Source: Candidatus Sigynarchaeum calidifontis (GTDB lineage: Archaea; Asgardarchaeota; Lokiarchaeia; Sigyniarchaeales; Sigyniarchaeaceae). From it: a stretch of 23,185 nt of DNA. The stretch is from NCBI GenBank assembly GCA_030587475.2, contig JAUQYZ020000015.1, forward strand, positions 1 through 23,185, given 5' to 3'. How positions within the stretch are numbered: the stretch's first letter is position 1; every line of letters begins with the position of its first letter. Made by a program: the position numbers and the translations under genes. This document shows positions 1 to 8,377 of this stretch, piece by piece. The notes beneath the pieces were generated by a model that saw nothing but the letters and a program-made list of their open reading frames with translations, was not told where the DNA came from and ran no database searches.

Positions 1-2
1 TC

Positions 3-599
3 CGGGATTTCTACACGATCGAAGGCGAGACCGGGATGTTCATGCTGATCTTCCACGCCCTGGTACTGCTCACTTACGCGGCTTGCGGCTTCTCCTTAGG
101 CTGCGGCTTTTTGCAAGTCACGCAGCGAACGATGGACGATGTCAAGGACTCGGACATGAGCATTGGCCAGAAGCGGGCTACCGGACGGTTGCTGCGCGTG
201 CTCGAGTACTACTTCATGGTGGTGGTTTCCGTACTCGTGGCACGAGTGCTGCTGGATGCTTTCGGCGCGATCTACGTCGAGCCAGAGGTGGACTTGGTGA
301 TCAACTTGATGATGATCTGGCCGTTCCTTTGGCTATTCCTGGGCCTGGTATTCGCAACGATCAAGTTTTGGCGGGACCGGAAATTCAACACGGATTTCAG
401 CCTCAAGCCTTTGCAAAAATTCATGGCCGCGGACAAGGTATACTTTCACCGGGTGTTGCTCGTGCTTTGGTTCGTCTTGAGCACGTGGATATTCTTCTTG
501 ATGGAATTTTTCACGCCAGCTTACCCCGGCTTCACGATCTTCTCGATATGCGCCCTCATTGGCCATTTCGTGAACAAGGAGCCCCTTGGCTTCGCGTGA
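3..599 (+). CDS. Multi-pass membrane protein of unknown function, probably 5'-truncated by the window edge
   Basis: The frame of the 36..599 ORF stays open back to position 3 (RDFYTIEGETG-M...). It has about five hydrophobic segments and host-like codon usage. Confidence 0.7.
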   Translation, partial: RDFYTIEGETGMFMLIFHALVLLTYAACGFSLGCGFLQVTQRTMDDVKDSDMSIGQKRATGRLLRVLEYYFMVVVSVLVARVLLDAFGAIYVEPEVDLVINLMMIWPFLWLFLGLVFATIKFWRDRKFNTDFSLKPLQKFMAADKVYFHRVLLVLWFVLSTWIFFLMEFFTPAYPGFTIFSICALIGHFVNKEPLGFA

Positions 600-720
600 G
601 CGAATCGTATTGGCGAGAATTTCGTCTCCATGCTGCATCAATAGGTCGCATTTCATGCAAATATTATATAGCACGACACGAGAGAAATAACGAATCCCCG
701 ATCGCTGCGTGAAATTCAAC

Positions 721-2184
721 ATGTCGAAGAACACGACGGAGAAGGGTATTGAAATCGATAGGAGCAAGGTTCCCATTGTAATACACAAGGTTGGTGGGTC
801 ATGTTTAACATCAGCCGATGCACTCAAGCAACTCCTCAATTTATTGGATGCATATAAGTCCAACAGGAACATTTTTGTCGTGTCTGCGTTCAAGAACGTC
901 ACTGATCGATTGATCGAGGTCGCGAAACTCGCGGCCGACAAGAAGGATGCCGAGTACAAGCAAAAACTCAAGGAAATCCGGAAGTTGCACGACGACATCA
1001 ACCAGCAGCTTTTCCACGAGAAGATCGATAATTACGAGAACACTGCCGACTTCATCAACACGTGTATCCACCAGCTCGACGATATCCTCGAGCAAATCGC
1101 CGACTATGGTATGGAGACGTTCCGGCTCGACTTCGTCGTTTCTTTCGGTGAAAAACTATCGACGTTCGTGCTCAGCGAGTTCCTGACATCGAAGGGGTTC
1201 GATGGCCACTACATGCCCGCCGACCAGCTCATCGTGACCGATGACCGGTTCGGCAACGCGTTGCCACTCATGGACTTCACCGTGCGGAAGGTCAAGCGTC
1301 AAGTCGCCCAGGTTATGAACCGCGGGTCGATCCCGTGCATCACGGGCTTCATCGGGTTGAACAAGTCAGGATACACGACGACCCTCGGGCGGGGTGGCTC
1401 GGATTACTCGGCGAGCATCATTGCTTATTGCATGGCGGAAACCTACCCGGGCGCACCGGTCAAGGTCATCTTGTGGAAAAACGTCGACGGCATCTTGTCC
1501 GCGGCGCCAGAAGCGGTTGACAAGCCCATTTTGCTCGAGCATATCTCGTTCGCCGAGGCCAAGGAAATATCATACTTCGGGGCGAAGGTCTTACACCCTA
1601 AATGCATCGTGCCGCTCGAAAAGGACAAGATCCCTCTCGAGATACGCAATTATGATAAGCCAATTGGTTCCAAGTACACGCTCATAGATGAAAAGGGCGA
1701 TGAGTCGATCCTCATCAAGGGTATTTCGGTGCTCAAGGACGTGGCCATGATCACTGCCAAGTCATCTGCACTCGTTGCAATCCCGGGTGTTTTGGCCAAG
1801 ATATTCACGGTACTCGGCGAGAACGGGATCAACGTGAGCCTGGTGTCCCAGTCCTCGTCCGAGGTCAACACGACGTTCTGCGTCAGCAAGGATGACGGGC
1901 TGAAGGCGCTGCACTTGCTCAGGAACTCGAGCATGTTCAAGGATTTCTTCGAGTTCAACCTGAATGACAAGATCGTCGTGCTCGGCGTGATCGGCCAGGT
2001 CGACGAGGTCGGCGTGAAAGACAAGGTCTTCGAACAGCTGGACGAGAAAGGGATAAAATCACTAGCACTCGCCCAGAGTGCCGATGGGCTTAATATATCC
2101 ATCGTGATCGAGGAAAAACACGAGAAGGAAGCCATTAAGGCCGTCCACAAGTGCTGCCAGGAACAAGGTGGCTGTAAAACCTGA
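721..2184 (+). CDS. lysC: Aspartate kinase (amino-acid kinase domain plus two ACT domains)
   Basis: Motifs HKVGGSC, VVSA, VSFGEKLS, TTTLGRGGSDYSA, NVDGI and FGAKVLHP, with C-terminal ACT repeats (SQSSSEVNTTF). ATG 721 is preferred over GTG 709. An AT-rich TATA-like box lies at about 661-670. Confidence 0.93.
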   Translation: MSKNTTEKGIEIDRSKVPIVIHKVGGSCLTSADALKQLLNLLDAYKSNRNIFVVSAFKNVTDRLIEVAKLAADKKDAEYKQKLKEIRKLHDDINQQLFHEKIDNYENTADFINTCIHQLDDILEQIADYGMETFRLDFVVSFGEKLSTFVLSEFLTSKGFDGHYMPADQLIVTDDRFGNALPLMDFTVRKVKRQVAQVMNRGSIPCITGFIGLNKSGYTTTLGRGGSDYSASIIAYCMAETYPGAPVKVILWKNVDGILSAAPEAVDKPILLEHISFAEAKEISYFGAKVLHPKCIVPLEKDKIPLEIRNYDKPIGSKYTLIDEKGDESILIKGISVLKDVAMITAKSSALVAIPGVLAKIFTVLGENGINVSLVSQSSSEVNTTFCVSKDDGLKALHLLRNSSMFKDFFEFNLNDKIVVLGVIGQVDEVGVKDKVFEQLDEKGIKSLALAQSADGLNISIVIEEKHEKEAIKAVHKCCQEQGGCKT

Positions 2185-2205
2185 AGTCTTCTTTTATTAC
2201 CACTT

Positions 2206-2224
2206 GCTTTTCGAGCGGAAAAGC
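2206..2224. terminator. Hairpin between convergent genes, possible bidirectional terminator
   Basis: GCTTTTC-GAGCG-GAAAAGC forms a 7-bp stem with T-rich and A-rich flanks, between the lysC stop (2184) and the small-ORF stop (2244). Confidence 0.4.
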
Positions 2225-2243
2225 GCAAAAAGGAGAATATATT

Positions 2244-2402
2244 TTAGTATCCAAGCTCCGACTTGCACTGGCGGTAGGCTGCTGCGATCTGGGCGAGCTG
2301 CGGCGTGTTGTTCTGGATATGGTATTGCAAGTGCGCGGCCAGGCCGCTGGCTTGATCCTGAACCCAGGCGAGTAAATATTGAGCATCTTGCACTTCGGCC
2401 AT
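2244..2402 (-). CDS. Small 52-aa Gln/Ala-rich protein missing from the ORF track
   Basis: Manual translation gives MAEVQDAQYLLAWVQDQASGLAAHLQYHIQNNTPQLAQIAAAYRQCKSELGY*. It has an ATG start, an upstream GTGAT RBS-like motif and mostly G/C-ending codons, and it fills the gap without overlapping neighbours. Confidence 0.65.
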   Translation of the reverse strand: MAEVQDAQYLLAWVQDQASGLAAHLQYHIQNNTPQLAQIAAAYRQCKSELGY

Positions 2403-2515
2403 ACAAATCACGAAATCATGCGGTGCTTGTTGCTAGATCGTCCGGCGGCCTATTAATATGTATCCTTTGAAAAGCATATTAGAACTCGCTGGATAAAATA
2501 GAATCAAGATGCATC

Positions 2516-2950
2516 ATGCCGGGCAAGGATGATAAGAACAAGGTCATCTACGTCACGATCACCATTCAAACCTATAAAAAAGGCGACATCATCGAACAGA
2601 AGGAAAAGACAGATAATGAAGGCATCATCGAGGTTCGCACCCACAGCAAGAAGGAGAGTACCTCGATGGACGGCAAGGTAACCAAGAAGGAGACGTGGAA
2701 AACGACCGAATATCGCATCCCTCTCTTCAAGCTCGGGCTCACGGCCGAGGCGTCGAAAAGTGACATCCTCAAGGTGCTGAACGATCCCGACCACATCACC
2801 AACAAGACCGTCTCCGAGATACTCAAGAAGCTCCGAGACGATTACGACGGTATCAAGCCCATGAACTTCTCGCAGAAATACGTTTTCAAGACGGAGAGGT
2901 TCAAGAAAAGAAAGGATTTCACCCCGAAAAAGAAAGTGATGATGGGTTAA
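2516..2950 (+). CDS. Hypothetical Lys-rich soluble protein (144 aa)
   Basis: Clean ATG-TAA ORF with host-like codon bias. No motif recognised. Confidence 0.75.
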   Translation: MPGKDDKNKVIYVTITIQTYKKGDIIEQKEKTDNEGIIEVRTHSKKESTSMDGKVTKKETWKTTEYRIPLFKLGLTAEASKSDILKVLNDPDHITNKTVSEILKKLRDDYDGIKPMNFSQKYVFKTERFKKRKDFTPKKKVMMG

Positions 2951-3000
2951 AATCCAAGATCATTTCTTGTACATATGCATTGCCGGACAAATTTAGCTAC

Positions 3001-3080
3001 TATCCGGCTAAAACCGTCAATATATAAGTTCATCCAGCTAAAACCGCCAATGTACGAGTTCATCCGGCTAAAATTGCTAA
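3001..3080. repeat. Degenerate direct tandem repeat, 30-bp unit, about 2.6 copies
   Basis: Units: 3001 TATCCGGCTAAAACCGTCAATATATAAGTT; 3031 CATCCAGCTAAAACCGCCAATGTACGAGTT; 3061 CATCCGGCTAAAATTGCTAA. Units 1 and 2 match at 24/30. Confidence 0.8.
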
Positions 3081-3260
3081 ATCCGCCATCTTGAAGATGA
3101 ATATGCAGCCATTAATCCCACATCGCCATTACTTTTTAATGCCTCCCCGCGAAGAATTATCCAGGTTCGAGTAAAAATTGCTGTACGGCTGCCTATTGCA
3201 CATCGTGGATTCGTTTGATCGTCTGATCCCCTGGAAAAATACAGATAGAGGCCTTTTTGC

Positions 3261-5429
3261 TTGTCCCCCTCCTTAGAATTTTATTTCAAGCCCAAAGTGA
3301 TCGCCGTCATCGGCGGCAGTTCCACCAAGGGAAAAGTTGGCAATGCAGTGATGCGGAATCTCGTCACACGCCACGCGGATACGAAGGTCTACGCGGTAAA
3401 CCCCAAGGGCGAGTCGATCGTTGAGGGTTTTCCTTGCGTACCGCGCGTCGTGGATATACCAGAGAAAGTCGTGGATATCGCGATCATTTGCATCCCTGCA
3501 CGGATGGTACTCGAAGCGGTCGAGGACTGCATCGCGAAAAGGGTCAAGGGTCTCGTGATCATCACGGCTGGCTTCAAGGAGATCGGCCCCGAGGGCGCGA
3601 GGCTCGAACAACAGTTCTTGGCGAGGTGCAAGGAAACCGGCACGCGCGTGCTTGGCCCGAACTGCCTCGGCTTGATTAGCCTCTACCACAACTCGTCTTT
3701 CGCGCCCTTGACGCCAAAAGAAGGTACGGTTGCGATGATCAGCCAATCGGGAGCCGTCATGACAGGGGTGAGCGATTGGAGCGCGGTTAACGATCTCGGC
3801 TTCTCGGCGTTTATCTCCCTCGGCAACAAGGCGGATGTCGACGAGGCGGACATCATCGAGTACCTCGCCCAGGATCCAGCGACCCGCATCATCGTCTGTT
3901 ATCTTGAGGCGATCAACGACGGCACGAAGTTCGTCAACATCGTATCGAAGGCGACCAAGATCAAGCCTGTAATCATCCTCAAGTCAGGCGTGTCCGACGC
4001 GGGTGCTCGCGCGGCGTCCAGCCATACTGGCAGTCTCGCTGGTTCCGACATTGCATACGACCTCGCGTTCGCGAAGGCCGGCGTGATACGTGCCAAGACG
4101 CTCTCGGAGCTCTTCTCGTATTGCAAGACGTTCACCGTGTCGAAATCCCCGCTGTCCGAGAACTTCGCGATCGTCACGAACGCGGGAGGGCCGGGCATCA
4201 TCTCGACTGACGCCTTCGTGGCGGAGGGCGTCGGGATCGCGAGGTTTTCCCCGGCCATCATCCAGGAGCTGCGTGATAAGCTTCCGGCCGAGGCCGCTGT
4301 TTATAACCCCGTCGATATCGTCGGGGATGCCCCGCCGGAGCGTTATGATGCAGCCCTCCGGACCGTTTTCAAGGATTCCATCGAGAACTGTGCTGGATCT
4401 CTCGTTATTCTCACGCCGCAAGCAAACACGTTTCCATCTCGCGTGGCGGATATGATGATCAAGATCCACGAGGAATTTCCTAACCACGTCATGCTCGCGA
4501 GCTTCATCGGCGGTAAAAACGTGATGGAAGGCGCTGCGAAGCTGCGCGCGGCCGGGATCCCATGCTATGACTTTCCCGAAGAGGCCATCAAGAACATCGC
4601 CGGTCTTATCAAGTTCACAAGGTTCCGCAAGCGGCCCCCGGAGACCGACATACCCGACGCGAAGATCGACAAGGCGCGGATACAAGCAATCCTCGATGGT
4701 GCGAAGAATGAAAACCGGCCCATGCTCTTGAACTACGAGTGTAGTGACGTGTTTTCAGCGTACGGCATCCCACATCCAAAAACTCGACTCGCCAAGACAC
4801 AGAACGAGGCACGCAAGCTTGCAAAGGAAATAGGGTTCCCGGTCGTTCTGAAGATCGTTTCCCCCCAGATCGTTCATAAAACCGACGTCGGCGGCGTCAT
4901 ACTCAACGTCAAGACCGAAGACGAGGCCGAGCAAGCGTTCGTGAAGATTCTCTCGTCAGTCCAGCAGATGCGCCCGGATGCGACGATTCATGGCATCGAG
5001 GTCCAGGAGATGATCAACCGGGCTGCGAAGAAGAAAACCACCGAGCTCATCATCGGCATGTCGCGCGACCCGCAGTTCGGCCCGCTCATTATGTTCGGCA
5101 TGGGTGGCATTTACGTCAACTTCCTCAAGGATGTTTCCTTCCGGCTCGGCAATTTTATGAGCGTGGAGGATTCGAGGAAGATCATCCAGGAGACAAAGAC
5201 ATATGCGCTCTTGCGTGGCGTCCGTGGCGAAATGCCGTCCGACATCGAGCAAGTGGAAATGGTTCTCCAGAAAGTTTCAAGAATCGTTCGCGATTTTCCC
5301 GACATCGTCGAGCTGGACATCAATCCGCTGCTTGCCTTCGCGAAAGGCGAGGGCGTTTCGGCTGTCGACATCAAGATCACGGTGAAGTTGTCGCAAGCAA
5401 CACCTGCCCAGCATTCAGGGCACCACTAG
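3261..5429 (+). CDS. acdAB: Acetate/acyl-CoA ligase (ADP-forming), fused alpha-beta ACD family
   Basis: CoA-binding start (IAVIGGS...GKVG), ITAGFKE, GPNCLG, SQSGA, the phospho-His motif SHTGSLAG, NPVDIVGDA, and a C-terminal ATP-grasp (KIVSPQIVHKTDVGGV, DPQFGP, ELDINPL). TTG start. Confidence 0.92.
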   Translation: MSPSLEFYFKPKVIAVIGGSSTKGKVGNAVMRNLVTRHADTKVYAVNPKGESIVEGFPCVPRVVDIPEKVVDIAIICIPARMVLEAVEDCIAKRVKGLVIITAGFKEIGPEGARLEQQFLARCKETGTRVLGPNCLGLISLYHNSSFAPLTPKEGTVAMISQSGAVMTGVSDWSAVNDLGFSAFISLGNKADVDEADIIEYLAQDPATRIIVCYLEAINDGTKFVNIVSKATKIKPVIILKSGVSDAGARAASSHTGSLAGSDIAYDLAFAKAGVIRAKTLSELFSYCKTFTVSKSPLSENFAIVTNAGGPGIISTDAFVAEGVGIARFSPAIIQELRDKLPAEAAVYNPVDIVGDAPPERYDAALRTVFKDSIENCAGSLVILTPQANTFPSRVADMMIKIHEEFPNHVMLASFIGGKNVMEGAAKLRAAGIPCYDFPEEAIKNIAGLIKFTRFRKRPPETDIPDAKIDKARIQAILDGAKNENRPMLLNYECSDVFSAYGIPHPKTRLAKTQNEARKLAKEIGFPVVLKIVSPQIVHKTDVGGVILNVKTEDEAEQAFVKILSSVQQMRPDATIHGIEVQEMINRAAKKKTTELIIGMSRDPQFGPLIMFGMGGIYVNFLKDVSFRLGNFMSVEDSRKIIQETKTYALLRGVRGEMPSDIEQVEMVLQKVSRIVRDFPDIVELDINPLLAFAKGEGVSAVDIKITVKLSQATPAQHSGHH

Positions 5430-5524
5430 AAAGAGCCTATCATGATTCAACATCATCTCTATAACAAGAAACAAATAGAAAACATCCACCCAAAAAGCGA
5501 ATTACAGAAAGAGGTCACGAAAAA

Positions 5525-6592
5525 ATGACGAAATTACGAAGCCTTTATCTGAGTTCCGTGCACACGAGCTCTGGCAAAACTGAAACAGCTCTCGGAATCG
5601 GCCTGCTCTTGAAGGATAAAGGTTACAAGGTCGCGTATTTCAAGCCTTTCAGCAGGCGAAAGGGGAATGCCACGATCGACACGGAGCTCGAGATCACCGC
5701 GAAGACCTTCGGTATGGAGACGGCAAAGCAGAGCCCAATCTTTATCGAGCCAGTTTATTTCGAGACACTCCAGAAGCAGAAGGACGAATACCGCAAGAAA
5801 ATCATCGCGGCTTACAAAGGCCTCAAGGAGGAATTTGACGTGGTGCTCATCGAGGGCGCGAACAAATTCAACAGTTTCATGTCGTTCGATCTTGACGACG
5901 CGACGCTTGCCAACCAGATGGACAATTGCGCCATCATGTCCGTGAACCTGTTCGAGAGCGATACAGATATCTGTGACTTGTTGATGCAAAGGGAATTTCT
6001 CAAGATGCGTAAGGGGACTTATATCGGCTGTATTTTGAACCGGGTTCCCAAGATAATGGTTGCGCGTGCGAAACAAGAGTTCCTCCCGTATCTCAAGACT
6101 GCCGGCATCCCGTGCTTTGGCATCGTCGAGAAGGATCAGCGGCTCACGGCACCCACGTTCCGGGAAATTATGGAAGCCGTGGGCGGAAAATTACTCGACG
6201 AGGACGAGTCCCGTTACGACCTCGACGTGCTCGTCAAGAACGCCATCGTTGGTGCCATGTCCGCGCACTCGGCCCTTTCGTATCTCCGGACGAGCGGCCA
6301 GCATGCGGTCGTTATCACGGGCGGTGATCGTTCGGACATCGTGCTCACGGCACTCGAGACAAGCGTCGCTGGTATTGTCTTGACCGGGAATCTCTATCCG
6401 GATCAGCACGTTATCTCTGCGTGCCAGGAGAAGCACGTGCCCCTCGTTCTCGTGCCACATGACACGTACACGACGGTGACGAAGGTCGAGCAGACCGTGG
6501 CAGGTTTACAAGTCAACGAGGCTAGCGTTTGCAAGGAGCTTTTCGGAAAAGCCATCGATCTTGATGCGATCATCAAGACCTTGAAAATGTGA
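5525..6592 (+). CDS. Phosphotransacetylase N-terminal-like protein (BioD-like P-loop plus DRTGG domain), lacking the catalytic PTA domain
   Basis: SSGKT P-loop, YFKP, VLIEG, ILNRV and VITGGDRSDI (DRTGG), followed by VLTG and DTYT. GAGGTC RBS upstream. Confidence 0.88.
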   Translation: MTKLRSLYLSSVHTSSGKTETALGIGLLLKDKGYKVAYFKPFSRRKGNATIDTELEITAKTFGMETAKQSPIFIEPVYFETLQKQKDEYRKKIIAAYKGLKEEFDVVLIEGANKFNSFMSFDLDDATLANQMDNCAIMSVNLFESDTDICDLLMQREFLKMRKGTYIGCILNRVPKIMVARAKQEFLPYLKTAGIPCFGIVEKDQRLTAPTFREIMEAVGGKLLDEDESRYDLDVLVKNAIVGAMSAHSALSYLRTSGQHAVVITGGDRSDIVLTALETSVAGIVLTGNLYPDQHVISACQEKHVPLVLVPHDTYTTVTKVEQTVAGLQVNEASVCKELFGKAIDLDAIIKTLKM

Positions 6593-6595
6593 GAC

Positions 6596-7018
6596 GTGAT
6601 GGATGTCATCACGCGTTCCCTTTCTTTTCATTCCCACGAAGGCGAGATCAAGGATATCACGAGGCTCGTCGCGGACGCGTTGAGGGAGACCGGTCTGTCG
6701 GACGGCACTGTAACCATATTCGTCCCCGGGGCGACAGGTGCGGTGTCCACGATCGAATACGAGCCTGGCTTGGTGGAAGAGGACCTTCCAAAGGCATTGG
6801 AGCGGATCGCGCCGAAGAGAGATGCGTACGGCCACGACGCCGCGTGGCACGATGGTAACGGCTACTCGCACGTCCGAGCAACGATACTCGGTCCATCGCT
6901 AACGATTCCCTTCACGGGCAAGCACCTCACGCTCGGGACGTGGCAGCAAGTCATCTTCCTCAACATGGACAACCGGTCACGTGATAGAGAGATAATCTTG
7001 CAATTCATGGGAAAATGA
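6596..7018 (+). CDS. yjbQ: YjbQ/UPF0047 family protein (secondary thiamine-phosphate synthase family)
   Basis: Motifs DIT, GATGAV...EYEPGL..D, H...DGNGYSHVRA and LGTWQQVIF. Confidence 0.9.
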   Translation: MMDVITRSLSFHSHEGEIKDITRLVADALRETGLSDGTVTIFVPGATGAVSTIEYEPGLVEEDLPKALERIAPKRDAYGHDAAWHDGNGYSHVRATILGPSLTIPFTGKHLTLGTWQQVIFLNMDNRSRDREIILQFMGK

Positions 7019-7050
7019 AATCTGGAAAAAGGGGCTGTAGATTCCCCGGA

Positions 7051-8274
7051 TTACTTCTTTTCGTGGGGCGTGACCTCGGGAGCTTGCTCGTCGACGACGA
7101 AAAAGGGAAATATCTTCTTTAAAAGGGTTTTCGCCGCGTCATAGTCGGTCACGCACGTGCTCTTGTCGCCGAGTCTCACGGCAAACATGCGCTCGAAATG
7201 ATCGACGTATCGCTTGAGAGCCTTGTCGAGGATAGCGGATGGTTTTTCCGTGATGATGGTCGCGGTCACGAAACGTCCCGATTCCGAGAGCAGCGTCGCG
7301 CTCTTGCTCGATATCTCCTTGATATCCGACGACGTGGTCATGATCGATTGAAACACGGAATTGATCGTTGACAGCAGTCCCGAAAGGAGATCTTGGTTGA
7401 GGTCGACCTTGGAGCGGGTCTTGAACCGCACGAAATGGATGGTCTCGCCGGTCTTGAGAGAGACCATGAGAGCGAAATTATCGTTGGGAAGCCGGTAGAG
7501 GTAGTTGACGTTGGAGACGTAGACGATTGTCAAGATGATGATGCCCGCGAGAGCGAGAGCATCGTTAAAAGAAGCAATATCCGAAATTAATGATTTAAAA
7601 TCCCCGGACTCGGCAAAATAATCCGTGAAATCCTTGAGGGATCCCAATATGAAGCTCATCCCGATGAGAATGACTGCCACGACCAGCATCATCGATCTCG
7701 GTTCTCTCGTGAGGCGGAAGGTGCGGATGTACACGGGCGCCGCGCAAGCCAGGAACGTGAAAATACCAAGAGTATTGTATCCAATGTCCGCAAGCAGCCA
7801 GAGGTGTGAAGGGGCTTCACCTTGCCCCTGGAACCATACGATGCACCAGAGTGACACGCTTTGCAGCAGCGCGAGGCAGCAAGCGAAGACAAGCCGGACG
7901 GAATTTGCACGGTACTCCCGCAGCCCCTCGATGAACAGGAAGAAAAACAAGAATTCGAACCCAGAGCAGTTCAAAGATAATGATAAAAGGAACACGTGCA
8001 TGCCAGGAAGCAAGTCCATCCCGTCGATGACAGAGAAAATCCCGGCCGTGGTACCGAACGCGAGGGCCACGATCAAGTAGGGCACGCTCCGCTCGCGCGT
8101 GGTCGTCTGGTAGATGAACAGCCCGAGCAATAGCCCTAGTAGCCCTGGCAACAGCACGTACAGCCCCGTTTCAAGCTCGATCCCGGCGCTCAAGGCGAAA
8201 GCTATTAGCGGGATGAAAATAGCGGCGTAGGCGGCACCGATGACGGCACCGAGGTGCCAGTTCTTATATTTCAT
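7051..8274 (-). CDS. Multi-pass membrane protein with a C-terminal longin/roadblock-like cytoplasmic domain (Asgard-type)
   Basis: About eight hydrophobic helices, then ALMVSLKTGETIHF...DLLSGLLSTINSVFQSIM...IKEISS...LLSESGRFVTATII...LKRYVDHFERMF. This beta-beta-alpha-beta-beta-beta-alpha pattern is typical of longin-like folds. Confidence 0.7.
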   Translation of the reverse strand: MKYKNWHLGAVIGAAYAAIFIPLIAFALSAGIELETGLYVLLPGLLGLLLGLFIYQTTTRERSVPYLIVALAFGTTAGIFSVIDGMDLLPGMHVFLLSLSLNCSGFEFLFFFLFIEGLREYRANSVRLVFACCLALLQSVSLWCIVWFQGQGEAPSHLWLLADIGYNTLGIFTFLACAAPVYIRTFRLTREPRSMMLVVAVILIGMSFILGSLKDFTDYFAESGDFKSLISDIASFNDALALAGIIILTIVYVSNVNYLYRLPNDNFALMVSLKTGETIHFVRFKTRSKVDLNQDLLSGLLSTINSVFQSIMTTSSDIKEISSKSATLLSESGRFVTATIITEKPSAILDKALKRYVDHFERMFAVRLGDKSTCVTDYDAAKTLLKKIFPFFVVDEQAPEVTPHEKK

Positions 8275-8377
8275 GGATAGTGAATGGTGATTATAGGCAT
8301 TTAAGGGTTATCCGTGGGGCATTAGGACAAGGAGTTGATCGACTTCTGTATAAAGAAATGAGAATAAATAGGATGAT

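Noticed and set aside
2173-2246. The lysC stop is TGA after CKT, which would give a CxxU motif if read as Sec
   Set aside because: No AUGA/GA SECIS-like fold follows, the downstream sequence is a T-rich terminator-like hairpin, and the protein is already complete.
3001-3080. CRISPR array
   Set aside because: The units are contiguous 30-mers without unique spacers, and no cas genes are present.
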